A DNA stretch of 53,752 nucleotides from Clostridiales bacterium (GTDB lineage Bacteria > Bacillota > Clostridia > Ch29), in contig JAAYEV010000032.1 of the NCBI GenBank assembly GCA_012728565.1, forward strand, positions 1-53,752. The letters are read 5' to 3'. The first letter of the stretch is position 1. The number at the start of each line of letters is the position of its first letter. Shown here piece by piece: positions 1-9,646 of this stretch. A program made the position numbers and the translations under genes. The notes under the pieces are model-generated. The model did no database searches. It was not told the DNA's origin and was given only the letters and a program-made list of their open reading frames with translations.

Positions 1-227
1 ATGCTGGCAAGGCTGATTCCTAACCCTATCTGCTGCGGGTTGGTACCGCCCCTGCCGCCCTCCGGCGCCCCTGCTCCTTTAAGGGTTTCGCTGAATATTT
101 CCTGGAATGTCGCGCGGGAAGACTTGTACCCCACCGTGTTGACATTCGAAATATTATTGCCTATCACGTCCATTCTTAACTGGTGGGCTCTAAGGCCCGA
201 AACACCAGAAAAAAGCGAACGCATCAT
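1..227 (-). CDS. flgE: Flagellar hook protein FlgE (FlgE/FlgG family), 5' part only; runs off the window
   Basis: Not in the ORF track. Manual translation MMRSLFSGVSGLRAHQLRMDVIGNNISNVNTVGYK matches the rod/hook N-terminal motif. SD AAGGAGGT upstream; follows flgD. Confidence 0.9.
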   Translation of the reverse strand, partial: MMRSLFSGVSGLRAHQLRMDVIGNNISNVNTVGYKSSRATFQEIFSETLKGAGAPEGGRGGTNPQQIGLGISLAS

Positions 228-309
228 AATGCATGACCTCCTTTTTTTCGAAGCTGCATTGCTTTCCTTCGGTCGTTCCGGAAAGCGGTGCCCCCTTATG
301 AAGGTCCGG

Positions 310-693
310 CTACACTATCACAGCTCCGTCAATATTTGTAAATACTCTATCCTTTAACGTTTCGCGGTTGGCCGCGGTGATTATGGTGGTGCTCTTTACG
401 TTGACAACAAAAGCATTACCGTCCATAAGTACCAGCGTATCCCTGATGCCCTTTTGCCTTGCCCTTTCCACCGCCGTGTTAAGCCGTTCCACCTGGCTTT
501 TGTCCAGCACAATGTTCCTGGTCATCATCCTTGCCTGGGCATGCTTTGACAGTGTTATTCCGCCTTGGCTGCCAACCGCTTCAAGCACCTCTTTGAAGCT
601 TTTCCCCTGCCTGTCCTCCAACTTGGGAGGCTTTGTGGCAGGCCTTCCTGCTGCGGGTATTATCCTGTTGTTTATATTGTTTACTCCGCCCAT
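310..693 (-). CDS. Uncharacterised flagellar operon protein (TIGR02530-type)
   Basis: LSKHAQARM...VVNVKSTTIITA...VFTNIDGAV pattern; sits between flgD and flgE. Confidence 0.85.
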   Translation of the reverse strand: MGGVNNINNRIIPAAGRPATKPPKLEDRQGKSFKEVLEAVGSQGGITLSKHAQARMMTRNIVLDKSQVERLNTAVERARQKGIRDTLVLMDGNAFVVNVKSTTIITAANRETLKDRVFTNIDGAVIV

Positions 694-722
694 TTTCCCC
701 GCCTCCTGTTATCGGTCCTTCT

Positions 723-1229
723 TTAACCTATTATTTCGAACTGTACAGCTTCGTCCATGTAAATCAGCCTTCCGTCTATCTCCATCTGTACCCTACCATC
801 CTTAAAGGCCACCCTTTGGACGGTCCCCGCGACGGTTTCTTCCCCTTCTGCGGGCTCCAGCACCACCGAGATTTCCCTGCCCAGCAAGTTCATGGCCTGG
901 AAATTCTGCTGCATTATCAGGTTATTGTTAATGCTCATCAGGGCCTTGAAATTGTCGTAGAGCCCTATATCCACCGCTTCTATAATGCCTGACAGGCCCT
1001 TTTCGAAGCTTTGGTTCAGGTTCTGCATTTGCTCCAGCGTGCTGAACTGGGCCATCTGCGCCAGGAATTCCTTGTCGTTTACCGGGTTAAGCGGGTCCTG
1101 GTTTCTAAGCTGGTTCACCAGCAGCTGAAGGAAGGCGTCCTTACCCATGCCGCTTTTATCCAGTACCGCGGAGCTGTATGTTCCCTGGTACCCGTTTCCC
1201 GCCGCTGCGCTTACCTGCATTGTCATCAC
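723..1229 (-). CDS. flgD: Flagellar hook capping protein FlgD
   Basis: [21 protein letters not shown]...[14 protein letters not shown] signature. Confidence 0.95.
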   Translation of the reverse strand: MMTMQVSAAAGNGYQGTYSSAVLDKSGMGKDAFLQLLVNQLRNQDPLNPVNDKEFLAQMAQFSTLEQMQNLNQSFEKGLSGIIEAVDIGLYDNFKALMSINNNLIMQQNFQAMNLLGREISVVLEPAEGEETVAGTVQRVAFKDGRVQMEIDGRLIYMDEAVQFEIIG

Positions 1230-1232
1230 CTC

Positions 1233-2486
1233 CTATGCCAGTAGTTCTATGGTGCCCTCTCCCATCCAGGTCAGTAATTCCCGGTTTTCCTCCTGCTCGT
1301 ATGACCTTAGTTCGGTCCTTGCATGGTATGCCTGGCGGCTGCCCTGGAAAAGCTGCTGCTGGCCGTGCCCGCCGTCCCTTCCCACGTCCACCAGGAACTT
1401 GCTGACCGGTATTCCCTGCTGCTCGAGGTTTTCCTGGAGCCTTACAATATTTGACTGTATTAGGGCTCTTGTCTCATCGTTTTGTGCAACTATCCTGCCG
1501 GTTAGTATTCCGTCGGTTACCGTAAGCTTCACCTTTACCCTTCCAAGGCTCTCGGGTACAAGCTGCAGGCTTATTTCGGATTTTCTAGCTCCCAGCATGA
1601 CTCTCATTTTTTCCGTCACCTGGTTTATCACCTCAGCACCAAAATCCGTGGTGGCCTGTTCCTGACCTTGGGCCTGCCGGCTTTGCATATCCTGTCCTAT
1701 ATCGGCCCACCGACCGGTTTTTGGTCCCTCCGCCTGCGTGTCGTACTGCACTGCTTCCGGTTTTAAGCTTACAGTTTCCGGGTCCGGTCCGGCTCTTTTT
1801 CCCTCCGGCCGCTGGCCTTTTGCCTTAGCAGCATCAAGACCACCGCTGTCCGCCCTTACACTGCTTTTAGGCTGTTTACCCGTCTCTACTTCAGGCCGGT
1901 CCTTTGGCTGCCTATCCAAAATAGCGTCGGTAACGGGAGGATTATCCCCGGGCTGTATCCCTTCACTGCCCGCTTCCACCTTTAGTTCTTGTCCCTGGGA
2001 CAGGCTGTCCTTTGTCGGGAATACCCGTTCCCCCTTACGGTCTTCCTCCGCCGGCTGCATAATCCCAATACCGGCTTCGGCCTCCGCCACACCTTCCGGT
2101 ACTTCGTCCGGTGCTTGGATGTCGGTATTCACCTGCAGCCCCGTTCCGGCAGCCGATTGAACCCCCAAACACTCGTCCGGTCCAACCGCTCCACAGGACA
2201 CCGTCGTATCAACTTCAGTCGGACCCTGGATTTCACAGTCAGCCTGGAGCGGCAGACCCGGTCCCGCCAGCATAAGCATTGAGAGGCTTTCATTGTTTCC
2301 CTGTCCCGGACTTTCTGTCTGCTTTTCTCCGGCTGCTCCCCGGGATTTCTCTTCGTCCATACCCAGCATGAGGCTTTTCAGCAGCCCGGAGAAGGGCCCC
2401 CCGTCCGGTACCGTTTCACATGAAAGCGCCCCCTTATCCCTTGTCGGCGGATTCTCAACCGCGGTGTATAGTGCCGTAACCTGCAT
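1233..2486 (-). CDS. fliK: Flagellar hook-length control protein FliK
   Basis: Low-complexity N-terminus; C-terminal LQLVPESLGRVKVKL domain; directly upstream of flgD. Confidence 0.9.
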   Translation of the reverse strand: MQVTALYTAVENPPTRDKGALSCETVPDGGPFSGLLKSLMLGMDEEKSRGAAGEKQTESPGQGNNESLSMLMLAGPGLPLQADCEIQGPTEVDTTVSCGAVGPDECLGVQSAAGTGLQVNTDIQAPDEVPEGVAEAEAGIGIMQPAEEDRKGERVFPTKDSLSQGQELKVEAGSEGIQPGDNPPVTDAILDRQPKDRPEVETGKQPKSSVRADSGGLDAAKAKGQRPEGKRAGPDPETVSLKPEAVQYDTQAEGPKTGRWADIGQDMQSRQAQGQEQATTDFGAEVINQVTEKMRVMLGARKSEISLQLVPESLGRVKVKLTVTDGILTGRIVAQNDETRALIQSNIVRLQENLEQQGIPVSKFLVDVGRDGGHGQQQLFQGSRQAYHARTELRSYEQEENRELLTWMGEGTIELLA

Positions 2487-2549
2487 ATGCTCACCTCCTT
2501 TCGCAAGTTGTTATATGTATAAGGGGCATTTAACCCGTTATACTCCTCT

Positions 2550-3134
2550 TCACTGGGCAGACATTATTTCCATTAGCCTTGCGGCTTTTTTGGGGTCCAT
2601 GGCCGCCAGTATCTCCGAGCATTTCCGCTCCTTCATGTTACGGAGGATTGTAATAACAAGCTGGTTGTCGGATATATTGCTAAGGATTTCCACCGCATCG
2701 GCGGCGTCCATGTTTTCATAGTATGTCACCAGTTCCTCCACGCTTCTTGCACGGGCTTCCAGTCTCTGCTGAAGGTCTTCCACCGCTTCTTTCTGCTTTT
2801 CGAGGTCTTCCTCCTTAGCCTTGAGCTGCAGTTCCCACGAAGCAAGGCTTGAAGCAAGTTCATCCAGGTTTGCCCTTTCCTGTTCCATAAGCCTCTTTGC
2901 CTTTTCCAGCTCTTCCCTTTGAAGCTGTTCCGGGCTCTTGGCCTCCTCTACCGGTTTGAAAAAGCTTCCCACCCCCGGCAGTGAAGCCAGGGTATTACTA
3001 ACCTTTACGCCCAAGTCGGCAAAGTTGAAGGCGATACCGAGGCACAAAAGCAGTATAATTATCGCTATGGCCACGGCTGTCACCAGCCGTATCTTTCGCG
3101 TTTTTTTCGAACCCTCCCTTTCCTTCTTAGCCAT
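2550..3134 (-). CDS. YlxF/MotE-family flagellar protein (N-terminal TM, coiled coil, MgtE-N-like C-terminus)
   Basis: YENMDAADAVEIL...ILAAMDPKKAARL; between fliJ and fliK. Confidence 0.85.
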   Translation of the reverse strand: MAKKEREGSKKTRKIRLVTAVAIAIIILLLCLGIAFNFADLGVKVSNTLASLPGVGSFFKPVEEAKSPEQLQREELEKAKRLMEQERANLDELASSLASWELQLKAKEEDLEKQKEAVEDLQQRLEARARSVEELVTYYENMDAADAVEILSNISDNQLVITILRNMKERKCSEILAAMDPKKAARLMEIMSAQ

Positions 3135-3143
3135 GACTACCTC

Positions 3144-3587
3144 CTAAATAGTAGACCGCCTGTTATTCACAAGGTCCTCCAACTGCTTTTCCTGTTCCTT
3201 GGATAGATGATACGCAAACCTCTCATAATGCCTGGCCCTTAACCGGTCCATCATCTCCTTTTTCTTGGAAGCATCTATAAGCTGGTCACGGCATATCTCC
3301 ACCTGTTTTTCAATGTCGGACACGTTTGCCGTCTGCCTGTCAATAAAGTCCTTAAGCCGGTTCATGTACCGGCTGCATTGGACCAGGTACGCAGCCGTTA
3401 CACCTTCACTGCATTTTTCATCCATTTCGCCTGCAACCGTCCTTTTTTGGTCCTGAAGCCGATGCAAAGTATTCTTTTCCAGTTCAAGCATCTCGCGGTA
3501 TTTTGCCAGTTCCTCGCACTTTTTGTTCTTTACGTACTCCCTGTAGTCCAAAACCCTCTGCAGCTTGAAATCAAACCTGTCATTCAT
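3144..3587 (-). CDS. fliJ: Flagellar export protein FliJ
   Basis: FDFKLQRVLDYRE N-terminus, coiled coil, EQKQLED-like end; follows fliI. Confidence 0.92.
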   Translation of the reverse strand: MNDRFDFKLQRVLDYREYVKNKKCEELAKYREMLELEKNTLHRLQDQKRTVAGEMDEKCSEGVTAAYLVQCSRYMNRLKDFIDRQTANVSDIEKQVEICRDQLIDASKKKEMMDRLRARHYERFAYHLSKEQEKQLEDLVNNRRSTI

Positions 3588-3598
3588 CTACAACACCC

Positions 3599-4912
3599 CT
3601 AATCCAGCAGCATTTTCATCTGTTCCAGAGTGCCCTCGAAACTAATTTTTTCGTTTATTTCCTGCTTTAGAAATGCATTTATGTCCTCTATCTTTTCAAT
3701 GGCATAGTCTATTTCGGGATTGCTTCCCGGATTGTACGCTCCTATGCTTATCAAGTCCTCGGCGTTTTTGTAAACGGCCGCAACGTCCTTTACCCTGCGA
3801 GCATACTCCAAATGCTCCTTATCCACAATATTCGGCATCACCCTGCTTATGCTCTGCAGTATATCCACCGCGGGGTAGTGGCTTTTATTTGCCAGGTTTC
3901 GCGAAAGCACTATATGCCCGTCCAGTATTCCCCTCGCGGTGTCAGCTATGGGTTCGTTCAGGTCGTCCCCGTCAACCAGGACCGCATAAAGCCCCGTAAT
4001 GGAGCCCTTTTCCGCTGTCCCGGTTCTTTCGAGCAGCTTTGGCAGCATAGCGAAAACCGATGGCGTGTATCCCCTTGACACGGGGGGTTCCCCAATGGCC
4101 AATCCTACTTCCCTCTGGGCAAGGGCTACCCGGGTCAGGGAATCCATCATCAGTATCACGTCCTTGCCCTGGCTGCGGAAAAACTCGGCTATAGCGGTAA
4201 CAAGCTGGGCGCTCTTCAACCGTACCAGGGCCGGCTGGTCGGAAGTCGCCACCACCACCACCGACCTTTTTAAACCCTCCTCCCCAAGGTCGTTCTCTAT
4301 AAACTCCCTTACCTCTCTGCCCCTTTCCCCTATAAGGCCTATAACATTTATATCGGCAGAAGTGTTGCGGGCAATCATACCCAGCAGCGTACTTTTTCCC
4401 ACGCCGCTGCCTGAAAAAATGCCAACCCTCTGGCCTTTACCGCAGGTAAGCAGGCCGTCAATGGACTTAATTCCCAGCTCCAGCACTTCTGTTATCCTTT
4501 TTCTTGCAAGGGGGTTTGGGGGTGAATTGCTCACCGGGTAAAGGGTGCTGAAACGGAGAGGCCCCCGCCCGTCAATGGGCACCCCCAGGCCGTCCAGTAT
4601 CCTGCCCAGCATTCCTTCCCCAACCGGCACCTTCAGCGTGCCCCCGTTGGCGGCTACACCGCTCCCGGGACCTATGCCTTCCATGTCTCCAAGGGGCATA
4701 AGAAGCACTATGTTATCCCTAAAACCCACCACTTCGGCCTTTATCGGCTTTCCTCCCCGGGCGGGAGTAATCTCACAGATCTCCCCGATATTCACCGGGG
4801 GACCTATTGATTCTATTGTAAGGCCGATTACCTTGCTAACCCTGCCGCTGTATCTAAGCGTGTCCACGTCCTTTAAAGCACTGCTGTATTTTTCAAGCAC
4901 AATGCTACTCAT
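3599..4912 (-). CDS. fliI: Flagellar export ATPase FliI
   Basis: Walker A GSGVGKS, MDSLTR and GEPP motifs. Start moved to MSSIVLEK. Confidence 0.97.
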   Translation of the reverse strand: MSSIVLEKYSSALKDVDTLRYSGRVSKVIGLTIESIGPPVNIGEICEITPARGGKPIKAEVVGFRDNIVLLMPLGDMEGIGPGSGVAANGGTLKVPVGEGMLGRILDGLGVPIDGRGPLRFSTLYPVSNSPPNPLARKRITEVLELGIKSIDGLLTCGKGQRVGIFSGSGVGKSTLLGMIARNTSADINVIGLIGERGREVREFIENDLGEEGLKRSVVVVATSDQPALVRLKSAQLVTAIAEFFRSQGKDVILMMDSLTRVALAQREVGLAIGEPPVSRGYTPSVFAMLPKLLERTGTAEKGSITGLYAVLVDGDDLNEPIADTARGILDGHIVLSRNLANKSHYPAVDILQSISRVMPNIVDKEHLEYARRVKDVAAVYKNAEDLISIGAYNPGSNPEIDYAIEKIEDINAFLKQEINEKISFEGTLEQMKMLLD

Positions 4913-5672
4913 AACTCGTAAGCTCCCTGAATACATGTTCTATTCTGGTCATCTGCGCCTCAATACCGGCGTCTATGAACCCCGCATTGGTTTCAAGCAG
5001 GCAGCTTCCCTTTGGCATGGTCTCCTCCGCCTCGATATCCAGTTGGGTTATACCTTCAACCTCCGCCAGGAGTCTTTTCTTGGAAGAAACAACCACATCA
5101 TAATCATCGGGGGAAACTTTCAAGGTTACGATGTTGGTAAAGGTGCATTTCTCCATGGCCTTCCTTACCAGGCCCAGTACTGCCTCCCGGTCGGTTTTTA
5201 CCTGTTCTCCCAATACCTTTCTTGCAATTTCAATGACAACCCTGACAACTTCCTCTTCCGCTTCCCTTACCATGCGCTCCTTTGCCTCAAGGGCCCTACG
5301 CCTGATTTCCACCGCCTCTTCCATCATCCTGTCCACTGTTGCAAGGCCCTGCTGTCTTCCCCTGTCATGGCCCTCGTCAAACCCCCTCCGCTCGCCCTCT
5401 TCATAACCCTTTTCATAGCCCTGCTCGTATCCCTGCTCCTTGGCCCTCTCGTAGATTTCCCTGCTTTTTTCCTCTGCATGGGCTATGATTTGCGCAGCCT
5501 TTTCCCTCGCCTCCTCCAGTATCCCCAGCGCTTCTTCCCGGGTGCTGTCTTCAAGCGCCGGTTGCTCCAAGGGCTCCTCTTCCGGGCATCCGTTATCAGC
5601 CGTCAAATCCTCCATTTTTATTTCCAAGGGGTCTCCCAGTACTATTGAACGGGACTTAATTAGGCTAGACAA
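4905..5672 (-). CDS. fliH: Flagellar assembly protein FliH
   Basis: GYEQGYEKGYEEG GxxxG repeats. TTG start after a GGAGG SD, overlapping the end of fliG. Confidence 0.92.
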   Translation of the reverse strand: MSSLIKSRSIVLGDPLEIKMEDLTADNGCPEEEPLEQPALEDSTREEALGILEEAREKAAQIIAHAEEKSREIYERAKEQGYEQGYEKGYEEGERRGFDEGHDRGRQQGLATVDRMMEEAVEIRRRALEAKERMVREAEEEVVRVVIEIARKVLGEQVKTDREAVLGLVRKAMEKCTFTNIVTLKVSPDDYDVVVSSKKRLLAEVEGITQLDIEAEETMPKGSCLLETNAGFIDAGIEAQMTRIEHVFRELTSYE

Positions 5673-6678
5673 TAATTTCGTCCCCTCCTCCCCTTGAAAT
5701 AACAATTTCGCCGGCATCCTCCAGTTTTCTTATGATGTTCACTATCTTCTGCTGTGCTTCTTCCACGTCCCTCAACCTTACGGGACCCATAAACTGCATG
5801 TCCTCGTTTATCATTTCGGCAAGGCGTTTTGACATATTGCTGAATATTACGCCGGCAACCTCTTCGTTTGCTCCCTTGAGGGCGGTGGCAAGAACATCGT
5901 TTTCCACTTCCCGCAGGAACCTTTGGATTGACCTGTTGTCAAGGGTAATAATGTCTTCAAATACAAACATCCTTTTCTTAATCTCTTCGGCCAGTTCGGT
6001 ATCCTCCACCTCCAGGGTTTCCATGATGTTCTTCTCTGTACCCCGGTCCACCGAGTTCAGTATGTTAACAATGCTCTGTATCCCCCCTGCGGAGGTGTAG
6101 TCATGGGTCACAAGGGAGGATATCTTTTTTTCCAGAACCTTTTCCACCTGTTTTATTACATCCGGTGAAGTCCTGTCCATTATGGCAATCCTCTTGGCAA
6201 CCTCCGACTGTTTTTCCGGCGGAAGGGAAGACAGTATCGCCGCAGCCTGCTGAGGGTTAAGGTAAGCCAGTATTAGGGATATGGTCTGGGGATGCTCGTT
6301 TTGTATAAAATTCAGTATTTGGTTTGGATCGGCTTTCCGTACAAAATCAAAGGGGCGGACCTGCAAATACGATGTAAGCCTGTTGACTATATCAAGGGCT
6401 TTCTGGCCCCCAAGGGCCTTTTCCAGCACCTCTTTCGCATACTCGATTCCGCCCTGCGAAATATACTCCTGGGCGACGCATATTTGGTAGAACTCTTCAA
6501 TCACCTTGCTCTTTTCCTCCGGAGTAACCTTCCGCATATTGGCTATTTCCAAGGTCAGCTCTTCAATCTCTTCATCCGTCAGATGCTTGAATATTTTTGC
6601 CGAATTCTCAGGCCCCAGGGCTATCAACAGAATAGCCGCTTTCTCTTTTCCGCTTAACCCGCCTTTTGTTCTAACCAT
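5665..6678 (-). CDS. fliG: Flagellar motor switch protein FliG
   Basis: KAAILL, EHPQ, MFVFED and GPVRLRDVEEAQ motifs. Confidence 0.98.
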   Translation of the reverse strand: MVRTKGGLSGKEKAAILLIALGPENSAKIFKHLTDEEIEELTLEIANMRKVTPEEKSKVIEEFYQICVAQEYISQGGIEYAKEVLEKALGGQKALDIVNRLTSYLQVRPFDFVRKADPNQILNFIQNEHPQTISLILAYLNPQQAAAILSSLPPEKQSEVAKRIAIMDRTSPDVIKQVEKVLEKKISSLVTHDYTSAGGIQSIVNILNSVDRGTEKNIMETLEVEDTELAEEIKKRMFVFEDIITLDNRSIQRFLREVENDVLATALKGANEEVAGVIFSNMSKRLAEMINEDMQFMGPVRLRDVEEAQQKIVNIIRKLEDAGEIVISRGGGDEIIV

Positions 6679-6686
6679 TGTCTCAC

Positions 6687-8240
6687 CTACTCTTCATGAA
6701 GCCAGGTCTTCAAGAGCTGTGCAGCGGTTTCGGGCTTTTTGCTGATAAACCTCTCCACCTGCTTGCGCGCTCCTGTCTGGCCTTGGGTAAGGTCAATCTC
6801 TTCCACTTCATCCGTAACTGCCACATCCAGCTGTGATGTCAGGACCTCTTCTTCTCTTTGCTTTCTCTTTCTCAAAACAAGTAATGTACCTATAATTCCA
6901 ATAAGCAGCAGTGCCCCAATTCCTCCCAGGTAGGTATAGAACTTTATCTTTTCCATACGCTGCCTGTCCTCGAAGCCCTGGGCAATTTCCGCTGCCAGGC
7001 TTGTATCAAAGGGCAGCGATTGTATCCTTACCACCTGGCTGTCAATGCCCGCCGCCGCAGCAACAATGTCCGCAATATTGTCCATATCCTGCTGCGTAAG
7101 CTCCTGGGCAAGGGCAGTGCTGTTAATAAGAACCGCCACCGAAAGGCTTTTCACCTGGCCTTGGGCTTTTACTATCTCTTCCTTGATTTGGTTTAGTTCA
7201 TAATTCACCGTCCGGCTGACACTGTCATACCTGGACTGGTCGGTTTCAAGCTCCGCGTAGGACACAATATCGTCCATATTGCTGTCGGTACCGGGAACCC
7301 CTCCGCCGCCCATATTTTGCGCATGTTCCTCCAGTTCCTGAATACTTCTAATAAGTCCGGAATCTTCGCCCGGTATCGGGGGCTCGAACCTGACTATACT
7401 GGTAACCTGGCTGTCAAAGTCAAGTTTTAGGTTTACCCTGACATCCACGTTGTTCTTTCCGTAGGCGGTTTCCAGAAACTCCCTGATGCTTTTTTGCATC
7501 CGTCCCTGCATATCCTGTTCAATTTCCATCTGCTTCAAAAGCTTTCCCTGCTGCGTTTCCACCTCGGAAGACAGCTCCTGGCCTGTCTGGTCAATTATGG
7601 ATATGTTCTCCTTTTTAAGTCCCTTAACACTCTTTGAAACAAACTGTATTATCCCGTCCACCTGCTCCTGTGAAAGAACAGCCCCCGGCTGCAGCTTAAT
7701 TAAAATCCCGGCACTGGACTGGTATTCGCTTTCGCTTAGCGCAAATACGCTGTCACCGGGAATATAGAGGTTTACCTGGGCGTATTCCACTCCCTCTATG
7801 GTCTCTATGGCTTGGGCTATTGCGTATTCCTGGCCAACCCGTATCCTTTCCCTTCTCTCCAGGTCGGTCGTTCCCAGGCGTGTATTATCCAGTGCCTCCA
7901 CCAGGCTGAAACCGTTCCTGGGTAGACCTTCGGTCGCCAGCTGCATCCTCAGCCTGTTTACCTCCTGTTTTGGCACCAGTATTGTGGAATCATCATCAAT
8001 TTCCCATTTCACCTTGTATTCGTCCAGTTTCTGGGTTATGGCTCCCGCGTCCTCCATTTCAAGCTTACCGTACAGTGGAACCATTTCCGGTCGGGATGTG
8101 AAAAAAACCAGCAGTGCCATACTGGCAACGAAAATCGCCGCGCTTATACCTATCTTCAGCTTTTGTTTTTTTGTCCTGGCCTGCCAAAACTCGTTTAGCT
8201 GATTTTTCACTCTTTTCAGGGTCTCTTCCAATGCGTCCAC
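6687..8240 (-). CDS. fliF: Flagellar MS-ring protein FliF
   Basis: Two TM segments, GGVPGTDSN, TVNYELN, C-terminal AAQLLKTWL. Confidence 0.96.
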   Translation of the reverse strand: MDALEETLKRVKNQLNEFWQARTKKQKLKIGISAAIFVASMALLVFFTSRPEMVPLYGKLEMEDAGAITQKLDEYKVKWEIDDDSTILVPKQEVNRLRMQLATEGLPRNGFSLVEALDNTRLGTTDLERRERIRVGQEYAIAQAIETIEGVEYAQVNLYIPGDSVFALSESEYQSSAGILIKLQPGAVLSQEQVDGIIQFVSKSVKGLKKENISIIDQTGQELSSEVETQQGKLLKQMEIEQDMQGRMQKSIREFLETAYGKNNVDVRVNLKLDFDSQVTSIVRFEPPIPGEDSGLIRSIQELEEHAQNMGGGGVPGTDSNMDDIVSYAELETDQSRYDSVSRTVNYELNQIKEEIVKAQGQVKSLSVAVLINSTALAQELTQQDMDNIADIVAAAAGIDSQVVRIQSLPFDTSLAAEIAQGFEDRQRMEKIKFYTYLGGIGALLLIGIIGTLLVLRKRKQREEEVLTSQLDVAVTDEVEEIDLTQGQTGARKQVERFISKKPETAAQLLKTWLHEE

Positions 8241-8306
8241 CCCATCCTTGTTTGGTCGGTGCTACCCTGCTTCAGCCGTAGGGCTAAGCAGCGCATCTAC
8301 TTGCTT

Positions 8307-8603
8307 TTATATCTGCATCCTCATGATCTCCTGGTATGCTTCTATTACCTTGTTTCTTATCTGCAGGGTGAACTGCAGCGCTATGTCCGCCTTTAACGAA
8401 TCTATCGTCACCTGGTGCAAGTTTTGTATTTCTCCCGTTGCAAGGGCTATAGCGGAATTATCCGCCGCATTTTGCAGATCGTTAACCTTGTTTACGGCTT
8501 CGCTAAGGTACTGGCTGAAGCCCACGGTTTGCTGCCCATCGCCTGAAGTCCTTTGTACGGGTATGCTTAACGGCTTAATGGGACTTTGAACATCTATTCT
8601 CAC
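8307..8603 (-). CDS. fliE: Hook-basal body protein FliE
   Basis: C-terminal IRNKVIEAYQEIMRMQI. Confidence 0.97.
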   Translation of the reverse strand: MRIDVQSPIKPLSIPVQRTSGDGQQTVGFSQYLSEAVNKVNDLQNAADNSAIALATGEIQNLHQVTIDSLKADIALQFTLQIRNKVIEAYQEIMRMQI

Positions 8604-8617
8604 TTATTCCAACCTCC

Positions 8618-9067
8618 CTATGACCTTCCAATCTCCAGTGCTTTCTGGGCCATCCCCTTGGCTGCGTTAAGCGCAGTTACATTCGCCTCGTACGCCCTTG
8701 CGGCGGAAATCATGTTTACCATTTCCACAACGGCATCCACGTTGGGCATAAGCACGTAACCCTCCTCGTCGGCATCCGGGTGCCCCGGGTCATACATGCG
8801 TTTGAAAGGGGATTTGTCGTCCACTATCCCCTTGACCTTAACCCCGCCATCCTTAAGGAAAAGCCTTCGGCTTTCCTCAGAAAGGAATTGGGAGAAGGCT
8901 TTATTCCTGCAGTTTTCCTCGAATATAACCACCTGTCTCCTATAGGGAAGCCCGTTCTCGGTCCTGGTGGTACTGGCGTTGGCTATGTTTTTGGCAATAA
9001 CGTCCATTCTCAGCCGTTGGGCGGTCAGCCCGGTGGCACTTACGTTAATGGCGTTGAAAATGCCCAT
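8618..9067 (-). CDS. flgC: Basal-body rod protein FlgC
   Basis: RMDVIAKNIANA, YDPGHPDAD, EMVNMISAARAYEAN. Confidence 0.97.
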   Translation of the reverse strand: MGIFNAINVSATGLTAQRLRMDVIAKNIANASTTRTENGLPYRRQVVIFEENCRNKAFSQFLSEESRRLFLKDGGVKVKGIVDDKSPFKRMYDPGHPDADEEGYVLMPNVDAVVEMVNMISAARAYEANVTALNAAKGMAQKALEIGRS

Positions 9068-9071
9068 GGGT

Positions 9072-9479
9072 CTACCTCCTACCTTCGTTTATTACCGTTC
9101 TGAGCCTTGCAAGTCTTGCCGATAGCTGGTCTGTCAAAGCCATGTACATAATAGTGTTTTTGGCCAGGTTTGCGGTTTGAACGTCAATGTCCACGTTGTT
9201 CCCGTCAATCCTTGTCCTTGTGCTTCTATCCCTTGTTATACGGGGAGAGAGCCTATCAAGGCTTTTGTTTGATATGGGAATATGCATCGGGTTTTCGCTG
9301 GACACTTTAAAGTCCCTGTTTCTCATCGCATCCTTCAGAAGGTCCTCGAATTCAACTTTGTAGGCTTTATAATTGGGGGTGTCAACATTTGCTATGTTGT
9401 TGGAGATTACCTGGTTCCTCAGCCAAGAAGCATCCAAGGCTTTCTGAAGAATTGTGAGCACTTGGTTCTCGCTCCGCAT
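9072..9479 (-). CDS. flgB: Basal-body rod protein FlgB
   Basis: ISNNIANVDTPNYK and DGNNVDID. Start moved to the ATG after GGAGGTG. Confidence 0.96.
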   Translation of the reverse strand: MRSENQVLTILQKALDASWLRNQVISNNIANVDTPNYKAYKVEFEDLLKDAMRNRDFKVSSENPMHIPISNKSLDRLSPRITRDRSTRTRIDGNNVDIDVQTANLAKNTIMYMALTDQLSARLARLRTVINEGRR

Positions 9480-9524
9480 TTTTCCCACCTCCAGGCTTTT
9501 GAATTGACCCATACTTTAATACAT

Positions 9525-9550
9525 ATTCGATGATTTTCATCATATTCCTT
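9525..9550 (-). promoter_or_regulatory. Putative sigmaH-type promoter for flgB
   Basis: AAGGAATAT...TCGAAT, i.e. AGGA-N17-GAAT, matching the Bacillus/Clostridium SigH consensus. Confidence 0.55.
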
Positions 9551-9646
9551 CATGTATATCTAAAAATAACCCCCTTTTCTATTTTTTCATACATCATTCC
9601 TCAAATTTCCTAAATCTTTGCAGCGGGCTCTTTAAGGTCCGGCCTT

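Noticed and set aside
2487-2549. Internal sigmaD promoter before fliK
   Set aside because: TAAA is present but there is no GCCGAT-like -10 at the right spacing.
5380-5450. Repeated GYEQG/GYEKG/GYEEG sequence
   Set aside because: Normal GxxxG repeats of FliH.
4545-5648. Long plus-strand ORFs (also 26995-28008, 28069-29178, 37475-38392, 38685-39779, 48382-49542)
   Set aside because: Antisense shadows of well-supported minus-strand genes, with no recognisable motifs.
9480-9646. Possible invertible flagellar switch as in C. difficile (between riboswitch and flgB)
   Set aside because: No flanking inverted repeats of suitable length seen, and no recombinase in the window.
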